Shown in pieces: positions 47,101 through 59,650 of a stretch of 64,000 nt of DNA. The notes below the pieces were generated by a model. The model was not told the DNA's origin, did no database searches, and saw only the letters and a list, made by a program, of their open reading frames with translations. The stretch lies in assembly GCF_009914755.1 (NCBI RefSeq), contig NC_060940.1, one strand, 5' to 3'. Position 1 is the stretch's first letter, and each line of letters begins with the position of its first letter. This DNA is from the human T2T-CHM13v2.0 reference genome, Homo sapiens. The position numbers and the translations under genes were made by a program.

Positions 47101-49929
47101 TATTCGTGTCCACTTGATGACTCACTCCATTCAATTCCATTTAATGATGATTCCATTTGATTCCATTTGATGATTCAGTTCGATTCCTTACAATGATTCC
47201 CTACGATTCCTTTCTATGATGATTCCATTCGATTCCATTCATTGATGATTCCATTCGACTCCATTCGATGATGATTCCTTTCGATTCCATTTGACGATGT
47301 TTCCATTTGAGTCCATTCGATGATGATTCAATTCAGTTCTGTTCTATTGTGAATCCATTCGATTTCATTCAATGCTTCTATTTGATTCCATTCGACGATG
47401 ATTCCATCTCTTTCCCTTCGATGATTCCATTTGATTCCATTCAGTGATGATTCCATTTGATTCCATCTGATGATGATTTCACTTGATTCATTTCAATGAT
47501 GATTCCATTCAAGTCCATTCGATGATTCCATTGGAGTCCAAACGATCATTCCATTCGATTCCATTCAATGATGATTCCATTCATGTCCATTCAATGAATC
47601 CTTTCAATTCCATTCGATGATGACTCCATTCGAGTACATTCGATGATTCCATTTGATTCCATTTGATGATGATTACATTCAATTCCATTCGAAGATGATT
47701 CCATTCAATTCCACTTGATGATGATTCCGTATGAATCCATTCGCTGATTATTCCATTCGATTCCATTCATTGACGATTCCATTCGATTCCATTCAATGAT
47801 GATTCTCTTCTATTGCATTCGATGATTCCGTTCGATTCCATTCGATGATGATTCCATTAGATTCCATTCGATTGTTGCATTCGATTCCCTTCGATGATGA
47901 TTCCTTTGAATTCCATTCGATTATGATTCCGTATGAATCCATTTGATGATTATTCCATTGGATTCCTTTCGATGATGATTCCATTCGATTCCATTTGATG
48001 ATGTTTCTCATGTATTCCATTTGATAATTCCTTTCAATTCCCTTCGATGATGATTCTTTCGAGTCAATTCGATGATTCTATTCCATTCCCTTCGATGATG
48101 ATTCCATTTCACTCCATTCGATGATTCCATTCGATTCAATTTGGTGATGATTCAATTCGATGACATTCGATGACTCCATTCAATTTCATTTGATGATGAT
48201 TACATTCGAGTCCATTTGATGATTGTATTCCTTTCCTTTTGATGATTATTCCATTCGTGTCTATTCAAAGATTCCATTCTATTCCATTCAATGATGATTC
48301 CAATTGATTCCATTCAATGATTATGGCTATCGATTCCACTCGTTGATTCCATTTGATTCCATTCGATGATTATTCCGTTAGATTCCATTAGGAGATTCCA
48401 TTCGATTTTATTCAATGATTCCAATTGATTCCATTCAATGATGATTCCATTCCACTCCGTTCAGTGATTCCATTTGAGTCCATTTGAGGATTCCATTCGA
48501 GTCCATTTGATGATTCCATTCTTTTCCATTTGATGATGATTCCATTAGGGTCCATTCAATGATTCCATTCGAGTCCATTCGTTAATGCCTTTCGAGTCCT
48601 TTTGATCACTACATTCGAGTCCATTCAATGATTCTATTCGATTCCATTCCATGATGATTCCATTCGAGTTCATTCGATGATTGCATTCGAGTCCATTTGA
48701 TGATTCCATATGATTCCATTCGACAATGATTCCATTCGTGTCCATTTGATGATTCCATTCATTTCCTATCGATGAAGATTCCATTCGAGTGTATTCGATG
48801 ATTCCATTCAAATCCATTCGATGATGATTCCATTCCAGTCCATTCGATCATTCCACTTGATTCCATTTGATGACTATTCCATTCAAATCCATTTGATGAT
48901 TCCATTCGATTCCATTCGATGTTACCATTCCAGTATATACGATGATTCCACTCGATTCCATTTGATGATTATTCCATTGGAGTCGACTTAGTGAATCCTT
49001 TAGATTCTACTCGAAGATGATTCCATTCGAGTCCATTCGATGATACCATTCAATTCCATTCGTTGATGCTTCCATTCAAGTGCATTCGATGATATCATTC
49101 GATTCCATTTGATGATAATTCCATTTGATTCCATGTGATGATTCTATTCCATTCCATTCAATGATAATTCCATTCAATTCAGTGATTCCTCTGGACTCCA
49201 TTTGATGATGATTCCATTCAATGATTCCATTCGATTCTATTCGAAAATGATTCCATTTGAATCCATTTGATGATGATTCCATTCGATTCCATTTGATGAT
49301 TCCATTCGATTCCATTCGACGATGATTCCATTCGATTCCATTTGATGATTCCATTCTATTCTATTCGATGATGATTCCATTCGATTCCATTCGATGATGA
49401 TTGGATTCGATTCCATTTGATGATTTCATTTGATTCCATTCGATGATGATTTCGATCAATTCCATTCGATGATTCCATTCGATTCCATTTGATAATGATT
49501 ACATCCGAGTCCATTCGATGATTCCATTTGAGCCCGTTCGATAATTCCATTTGAGTCCAATCAATGATTCCATTCATTTCCATTCAATGATTCCATTCGA
49601 GTCCATTTGATCATTCCGGTAGGGTCCGTTCGATGTTGATTCCATTGGAGTGCATTCGATGATTCCATTCGAGTCCATTTTAGGATTTGATTCGAGTCCT
49701 TTCGATGATTCCATTCGATTCCACTCGATGCGATGATGATTTCATTCGAGTCCATTCGACACTTCCAATCGATTCCATTTGATGTTTCCATTCGAGTCCA
49801 ATTGATGATTCCATTCAATTCCATTCGATGATGATTCCGTAGGATTCCATTCTGTGATGATTCCATGTGATTGCATTCAATGATGATTCCTTTCGATTGC
49901 ATTCGATTATGATTCATTTCGTGTTCATT
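38101..49929 (+). repeat. Unit U7, extended type (11829 bp) containing every module seen in the window
   Basis: Order: shared head/long body (38101-~42190), W (~42190-42950), U (~42960-45060), long-unit middle (~45060-45850), V (~45850-47080), T (~47080-48940), shared tail. Confidence 0.85.
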
Positions 49930-52900
49930 CTATGGTTCCACAGGTTTCACATCGTGTCCATTCCATTATTCCATTCTATTCCATTTGATGATGATTCCAT
50001 TCGATTCCATTCATTGGTGATTCCACTCAATTCCATTCAATGATTCCATTCCATTTCTTTCAACAATGATTCCATTAGTTTCTAATCGATGATCCACTTG
50101 ATTCCATTTGACGATGATTCCATTCTTGTCCATTCGATGATTCCATTTGATTCCATATGATGATGATTCCATTCGATTCCATATGATGATGATGCCATTC
50201 GAGTCCATTCAATGGTGATTCCATTCAATTCCATTCGGTGATTCCTTTCGATTCCATTTGATGATGATGGCATTTGATTCCTTTCAATCATTCCCTTTGA
50301 TTCCACTCAAAGTTGATTTCATTCAAGTCCATTCGATAATTGCATTCGATTCCATTCTATGATGATTCCATTCGAGTCCATTTGATGATTCCATTCAATT
50401 CAAGTCAATGATGTTTCCATTCGATTCCATTCGATGATTCCATTGGATTCCATTCGATGATGATTCCATTCAAATCCATTCGATAATTCAATTCACGTCC
50501 ATTCGATGATGATTCCAATCGAATCCATTCAAAGATTCCATTCAATTCCATTCGATGATTCCCTTAGATTCCATTCGATGATTCCACTTGATTGCATTTA
50601 CGATGATTCCATTCGATTCCATGTGATGATTCCATTCAATTCTATTCAATGATGTTTCCATTTGATTCCATTCGACCATGATTGCCTTTGATTCCATTCA
50701 ATGATTCCATTCGGTTCCGTTTGATGATGATTCCGTTCGATTCCATTTGATGATTCCATTTGATTCCATTGGATGAGTCCATTCGATTACATTCGATGAT
50801 TATTCCATTCGAGTGCATTAGATGATTCCATTCGAGTCCATTCGATGATTCCATTCGAGTCCATTCGATGTTGATTCTGTTCAAATCCATTCGATGATTC
50901 CACTCGATTCCATTCGATGACTCCATTTGATCCCATTCGATGATTTCCTTTGATTCCCTTTGATGATCATTCCATTTGATTCAATTCGGTGATTTCATTG
51001 GATTCCATTCAGTGATGTTTCCATTCGACTCCATTCGATGATGATTCCATTCGACTACATTCGATTATGATTTCATTCAATTCCATTCGATAAAGATTCC
51101 CTTCGAGTCCAATCGATGATTCCATTCGATTCCATACAACGATGATTTGATTCGTGTCCATTCGATGATTCCATTTGATTCCACTTGATGAGGATTCCAT
51201 TCGACTCCATTTGATGATTCCATTCAATTCCATTCTCCGATGATTTCTTTTGAGCCCATTCGATGCTTCCACTCGATTACATATGATGATGACTCCATTC
51301 GATGAAACTCGATGATGATTCCATTCGCTTGCTTTCGATGATGATTCCACTTGAGTCCGTTAGAAGATTCTATTCAATTACATTCCATGACGATTCTGTT
51401 CGAGTCCATTTGATGATTCCATTACACTCCATTCGACAATGATTCCATTCAATGTTATTCGATGATTCCATTCGATCTCATTCGATGATGATTCCATTCA
51501 ACTCCATTCGATGTTTCCATTCGAGTTCATTCTATTATTCCATTAGATTCCATTCGATGATGATTCCATTCGATTCCATTTGATGATTGCATTCTATTTC
51601 ATTTGATGATGATTCCATTCGAGTCCATTCGATGATTCCATTCGAGTCCATTTAATGAATCCATTGGTTTCAATTCTATGATGATTATATTGGATTCCAT
51701 TCGTTGATGATTTCATTCGATTCCATTCAATGATGATTCCATTCAATTCCATTCAATGATTCCATTCAATTCCATACGATGATGATTCCATTTGATTTGA
51801 TTCAACAGTGAGCCATTCGATTCAATTCCATGATGATTCTATTTGATTCACTTGGTTGACATTTCCATTCGGTTCCATTCGATGATGATTCCATTTGATT
51901 CCATTCAAAGATGATTCCATTCTAGCCCATTCAATCATTCCATTCGATTCTATTCAATGATGATTCCATTCATGTCGATTTGGTGATTCCATTTGACTTC
52001 ATTTGATGATGATTCCTTTCAAGTTCATTAGATGATTCCATTCGATTCCATTTGATGATGATCCCATTCGAGTCCATTCAGTGATTCCACTCGTTTCCAT
52101 TCCATGATGATTCCATTCCATTCCATTCAATGATTCCATTCGATTCCGTTTGATGATGATTTCATTCGAGTCCATTTGATGATTCCATTTCATTCCATTC
52201 GATGATGATTCCATTCGAGTCCATTCGATGATTCTATTCGAATCCATTTGATGATTTCTTTTGATTATATTTGGTGATGATTCCATTGGAGTCCATTCAA
52301 TGATTCCATTCGATTCCAATCGATGGTGGTTCCATTAGAGTCCATTTAATGATTCCATTTGATTCCAGTCTCTGATGTTTACATTCGAGTCCATACGATG
52401 ATTCCACTCAATTCCATATGATGATGATTCCATTCGATTCCATTCGATGATTCCATTCTATTCTATTCAAAGGTGATTCCATTCGAGTACATTAGATGAT
52501 TCCATTCGATTCCATTCAATGATGATTCTATTTGTGTCCCTTAGATGATTCCACATGATTCCATTAGATGATGATACTATTTGAGCCCATCCAATGATTC
52601 CCTTCGATTCCATTCGATGAGGATTCCATTCGATTCAATTCATTGGTGATTCTATTCAATTCAATTCTTTGATTCAATTCCATTCCATTCGACAATGATT
52701 CCATTCGATTTCTTTCGATGATTCCACTCAATTTCACTTGACATTGATTCCATTCGATTCCATTCAATGATTCCATTTGATTCCAGTGGATGATGATTGC
52801 CGTCGATTCCATTCGATCACTCCATTCTGTTCCATTTGATGATGATTACATTCGATTCCATTTGATGATTCCATCTGATTCTATTCGAGGATTCCATTTG

Positions 52901-55900
52901 ATTCCATTCGATGATGATTCCATTCGAGTCCATTCGATGATTTCATTCGAGTACATCCAATGATTCCATTCGAGTCCATTTGATGATTCCATTTCATTCC
53001 ATTTGATTATGATTCTACTAGAGTCCATTCAATGACTCCATTCGAGTCCATTCAACAGTTCCATCCGAGTCCATTCGATGATTCCATTCGATTCCATTTG
53101 ATCATTCCATTCGAGTACATTTAATCATTACAGTCGAGTCCATTTGGTGATTCCACTGGATTTCTTTTGATAATGATACCATTCAATTACATTTGATGAT
53201 GATCCCATTCAATTTCATTTGATGATGATTCCATTAGAGTCCATTCCATGATTTCATTCGAGTCCCTTCATTGATTCCATCCGATTTCATTGGATGATGA
53301 CTCCATTCGAGTCCATTCGATGATTCCACTCGATTCCATTAGATGATTCCATTGGAGTCCATTTGATTGTTCCATTCGATTCCATTCGATTCCTTTCGAA
53401 GATTATTCCATTTGAGTCCATTCGATGATGATTCCATTCCATTCCATTCGATGATTCCGTTTGATTCCATTCGATGATTCCCTGCGATTCCTTTCTATGA
53501 TGATTCCATTCCATTCCATTCAATGATTCCATTTGAATCTATTCCATGATGATTCCTTTCGATTCCATTCGCTGATGTTTCCGTTCAATTCCATTCGATG
53601 ATGATTCCATTCGATTCCATTCATTGAGGATTCCATTGGATTCCATTCAATGATGATTCCATTCTATTCCATTCAATGATTGCATTCAATTCCATTCAAT
53701 GATTATGCCATTAGAGTAAATTCAACGATTCCATTCAATACCATTCGATGATGATTCCTTTTGAGTCCATTCAATGATTTCATTCAAGTCCATTTGATGA
53801 TTCCTTTCAATTCCATTCCATGATGATTCCATTCGAGTCCATTCGATGATTCCATTCGATTGCATTCGATGATTCCATTATATTCCATTCAACGATGATT
53901 CCATTCGAGTCCATTCGATGATTCCATTAGAGTACATTTAATGATTGCTTTGTTTTCAATTCGAAGATGATTACATTGGATTCCATTCTATGATTCCATT
54001 CGATTGCATTCATTGATGATTCCACCCAATTCCATTCGATGATGATTCCATTCGATTTCAATGATTCTACTCGATTCCATTCAATGATGATTCAATTCTA
54101 TTCCGTTTGATGATTCCATTAGATTCCATTCTATGATGATTCCATTCGAGTCCATTCGAAGATTTCATTCGATTACATTCCATGACGATTCCATTCGAGT
54201 CCATTCGATGATTCCATTTGAATCCATTCGACGATGATTCCATTTGATGCTATTCGATGATTCCATTGGATTCCATTCGATGATGATTCCATTCGACTTG
54301 ATTTGATGTTTCTATTTGAGTCCATTCGGTTATTTTATTAGACTACATTCGATGATGATTCCATTCGATGCCATTCAGTGGTTCCATTTGATTCCACTCA
54401 ATGATGATTGCATTCGTGTCCATTCGATGATTCCATTTGGTTCCATTTGATGATGATTCCATTCGAGTCCATTCGATGATACCATTCAATTCCATTCGAT
54501 GATCATTCCATTCGAATCCATTTGATGATTCCACTCAATTCCATTTGATGACTCCTTTCATTCCCATTCGATGATTCCCTTCAGTTCCAATTGGATGATC
54601 TTTCCATTTGATTCAATATGGTGACTCCATTCTATTATATTCAATGATGATTCCATTCGACTCCATTAGATGATGACTTCATTCCATTCCATTCGATTGT
54701 GATTTCATTCGATTCCATTCGAAGATGATTCCATTCGAGTCCATTCGATGATTCCATTCGATTTCATTCAACGATGATTTGATTCGTGTCCATTCGATGA
54801 TTCCATTTGATTCCACTTGATGATGATTCCATTCGAGTCCATTTGATGATTCCATTCAATTCCATTCTCCGATGACTTCTTTTGAGCCCATTCAATGCTT
54901 CCACTCGATTCCATATGATGATGACTCCATTCGATGAAATTCGATGATGATTCCATTCGCTTGCATTCGATGATGATTCCACTTGAGTCCACTAGAAGAT
55001 TCTATTCAATTACATTCCAAGACGATTCCGTTCGAGTCCATTTGATGATTCCATTAGACTCCATTCGACGATGATTCCATTCGAGGTTATTCGATGATTC
55101 CATTCGATCTCATTCGATGATGATTCCATTCAACTCCATTCGATGTTTCCATTCGAGTTCATTCTATTATTCCATTAGATTCCATTCGATGATGATTCCA
55201 TTCGATTCCATTTGATGATTGCATTCTATTTCATTTGATGATGATTCCATTCGAGTCCACTCGATGATTCCATTCGAGTCCACTCGATGATTCCATTCGA
55301 GTCCATTTAATGAATATATTGGTTTCAATTCTATGATGATTACATTGGATTACATTCGTTGATGATTTCATTCGGTTCCATTCAATGATGATTCCATTCA
55401 ATTCCTTTCAATGTTTCCATTCAATTCCATACGATGATGATTCCATTTGATTTGATTCGACAGTGGGCCATTCGATTCAATTCCATGATGATTCTATTTG
55501 ATTCAATTGGTTGACATTTCCATTCGATTCCATTCGATGATGATTCCCTTTGATTCCGTTCAAAGATGATTCCATTCTAGCCCATTCAATCATTCCATTC
55601 GATTCTATTCAATGATGATTCCATTCATGTCGATTTGGTGATTCCATTTGACTTCATTTGATGATGATTCCTTTCAAGTTCATTAGATGATTCCATTCGA
55701 TTCCATTTGATGATGATCCCATTCGAGTCCATTCAGTGATTCCACTCGTTTCCATTCCATGATGATTCCATTCCATTCCATTCAATGATTCCATTCGATT
55801 CCGTTTGATGATGATTTCATTCGAGTCCATTTGATGATTCCATTTCATTCCATTCGATGATGATTCCATTCGAGTCCATTTGATGATTCTATTCGAATCC

Positions 55901-58900
55901 ATTTGATGATTTCTTTTGATTATAGTTGGTGATGATTCCATTGGAGTCCATTCAATGATTCCATTCTATTCCAATCGATGATGATTCCATTAGAGTCCAT
56001 TTAATGATTCCATTTGATTCCAGTCTCTGATGATTACATTCGAGTCCATACGATGATTCCACTCAATTCCATATGATGATGATTCCATTCGATTCCATTC
56101 GATGATTCCATTCTATTCTATTCAATGGTGATTCCATTCGATTCCATTCAATGATGATTCTATTTGTGTCCCTTAGATGATTCCACATGATTCCATTAGA
56201 TGATGATACTATTTGAGCCCATCCAATGATTCCCTTCGATTCCATTCGATGAGGATTCCATTCGATTCAGTTCATTGGTGATTCTATTCAATTCAATTCT
56301 TTGATTCCATTCCATTCCATTCGACAATGATTCCATTCGATTTCTTTCGATGATTCCACTCGATTCCACTTGACATTGATTCCCTTCGATTCCATTCAAT
56401 GATTCCATTTGATTCCAGTGGATGATGATTGCCATCGATTCCATTCGATCACTCCATTCTATTCCATTTGATGATGATTACATTCGATCCCATTTGACGA
56501 TTCCATCTGATTCTATTCGAGGATTCCATTTGATTCCATTCGATGATGATTCCATTCGAGTCCATTCGATGATTTCATTCGAGTACATCCAATGATTCCA
56601 TTCGAGTCCATTTGATGATTCCATTTGATTCCATTTGATAATGATTCTACTAGAGGCCATTCAATGACTCCATTGGAGTCCATTCAACAATTCCATTCGA
56701 CTCCATTTGATGATTCCATTCGATTCCATTTGATGATTCCATTCGAGTCCATTTAATCATTACAGTCGAGTCCATTTGGTGATTCCACCGGATTTCTTTT
56801 GATAATGATACCATTCAATTACATTTGATGATGATCCCATTCAATTTCATTTGATGGTGATTCCATTAGAGTCCATTCGATGATTTCATTCGAGTCCCTT
56901 CATTGATTCCATCCGATTTCATTGGATGATGACTCCATTCGAGTCCATTCGATGATTCCACTCGATTCCATTAGATGATTCCATTGGAGTCCATTTGATT
57001 GTTCCATTCGATTCCATTCGATTTCTTTCGAAGATTATTCCATTTGAGTCCATTCGATGATGATTCCATTTCATTCCATTCGATGATTCCGTTTGATTCC
57101 ATTCGATGATTCCCTTCGATTCCTTTCTTTGATGATTCCATTCCATTCCATTCAATGATTCCATTCGAATCTATTCCATGATGATTCCTTTCGATTCCAT
57201 TCGCTGATGTTTCCTTTCAATTCCATTCGATGATGATTCCATTCGATTCCATTCATTGAGGATTCCATTTGATTCCATTCAATGATGATTCCGTTCTATT
57301 CCATTCAATGATTGCATTCAATTCCATTCAATGATTATCCCCTTAGAGTAAACTCAACGATTCCATTCAATACCATTCGATGGTGTTTCCTTTTGAGTCC
57401 ATTCAATGATTTCATTCAAGTCCATTTGATGATTCCTTTCAATTCCATTCTATGATGATTCCATTCGAGTCCATTCGATGATTCCATTCGATTGCATTCG
57501 ATGATTCCATTATATTCCAGTCAACGATGATTCCATTCGAGTCCATTCCATGATTCCATTAGAGTACATTTAATGATTGCTTTGTTTTCAATTCGAAGAT
57601 GATTACATTGGATTCCATTCTATGATACCATTCGATTCCATTCAATGATGATTCCACTCAAATCCATTGGATGATTCCATTCGTGTCCATTCGGTGATTT
57701 CATTAGATTCCATTCGAGGATGATTCCATTCGATTCCATTCGATGATTCCATTCAATTCCATTCGATGATGATTCCATTCCAGTCCATATGATCATTCCA
57801 TTTGATTTCATTCGATGATGATTCCATTCGATTCCATTCGATGATTCCATTCTATTCCATTCGATGATGATTCCATTCGAGTCCATTCGATGATTCCATT
57901 CGAGTCCATTTAATGATTCCATTGGGTTCAATTCAATGATGATTACATTGGATTCCGTTCTATGATTCCATTCAATTCCTTTCATTGACAATTTGATTCC
58001 ATTCGATGATGATTCAATTTGAGTTCATTCGATGATTCTATTCGATTCTCTTCGATGGTGATTCAATTCTATTATATTGGATGATTCCATTCGATTCCAT
58101 TTGATGTTGATTCAATTCGATTCTATTCGATGATGATTCCATTGGATTTCACTTGATGATTCTATTCGATTCCATTCAATGATGATTCACTTCTCGTCCA
58201 TTGGATGATTCCATTTCATTCCATTCGATGATGATTTCCTTCGATTCCATGCGACGGTGAGCAATTCGATTCAATTCCATGATGATTCTATTTGATTCAA
58301 TTAGATGATGTTTCCATTCGAATCCATTCCATGATTATTCCATTGGAATCCATTTGGCGATGATTCCATATGAGTCAATTCAATGATGATTCCATATGGG
58401 TCCGTTCGATGATAATTCCATTTGATTTCATTCAATGCTTCTATTCTATTCCAGTCAATGATGATTCCGTTGGAGTCCATACGATGATTCCATTTGATTT
58501 CATTTGATGATGATTCCATTCGATGATGATTACATTGGATTCCATTCTATGATTCCATTCAATTCCATTCGTTGATGATTCGATTCCATTCAATGATGAT
58601 TCCATTTGAGTTCATTCGATGATTCTATTTGATTCCGTTCGATGGTGATTCAATTCTATTATATTGGATGATTCCACTCGATTCCATTTGATGATTATTC
58701 CATTGGAGTCCACTTAGTGAATCCTTTAGATTCTACTCGAAGATGATTCCATTCGAGTCCATTCAATGATACCATTCAATTTCATTCGTTGATGCTTCCA
58801 TTCAAGTGCATTCGATGATATCATTCGATTCCATTTGATGATAATTCCATTTGATTCCATGCGATGATTCTATTCGATTCCATTCAATGATAATTCCATT

Positions 58901-59650
58901 CAATTCAGTGATTCCTCTGGACTCCATTTGATGATGATACCATTCAATGATTCCATTCGATTCTATTCCAAAATGATTCCATTTGAATCCATTTGATGAT
59001 GATTCCATTAGATTCCATTTGATGATTCCATTCGATTGCATTTGACGATGATTCCATTCGATTCCATTTGATGATTCCATTCTATTCTATTCGATGATGA
59101 TTCCATTCGATTCCATTTGATGATGATTGGATTCGATTCCATTTGATGATTTCATTTGATTCCATTCGTTAATGATTTCGATCAACTCCATTCGATGATT
59201 CCATTTGATTCCATTCGATAATGATTACATCCGAGTCCATTCGATGATTCCATTTGAGCCCGTTCGATAATTCCATTTGAGTCCAATCAATGATTCCATT
59301 CATTTCCATTCAATGATTCCATTCGAGTCCATTTGATCATTCTGGTAGGGTCCGTTCGATGTTGATTCCATTGGAGTGCATTCGATGATTCCATTCGAGT
59401 CCATTTTATGATTTGATTCGAGTCCTTTCGATGATTCCATTCGATTCCACTCGATGATGATTTCATTCGAGTCCATTCGACACTTCCAATCGATTCCATT
59501 TGATGTTTCCATTCGAGTCCAATTGATGATTCCATTCAATTCCATTCGATGATGATTCCGTACGATTCCATTCTGTGATGATTCCATGTGATTGCATTCA
59601 ATGATGATTCCTTTCGACTGCATTTGATTATGATTCATTTCGTGTTCATT
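49930..59650 (+). repeat. Unit U8, chimeric (9721 bp): U7-like first 4.8 kb fused to a U1-like long-unit body
   Basis: Offset 11806 to U7 through the W module (42537/54343). From ~54760 it is colinear with U1 position ~1270 onward (1500/54992, 3378/56919, 5284/58802). Confidence 0.85.
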
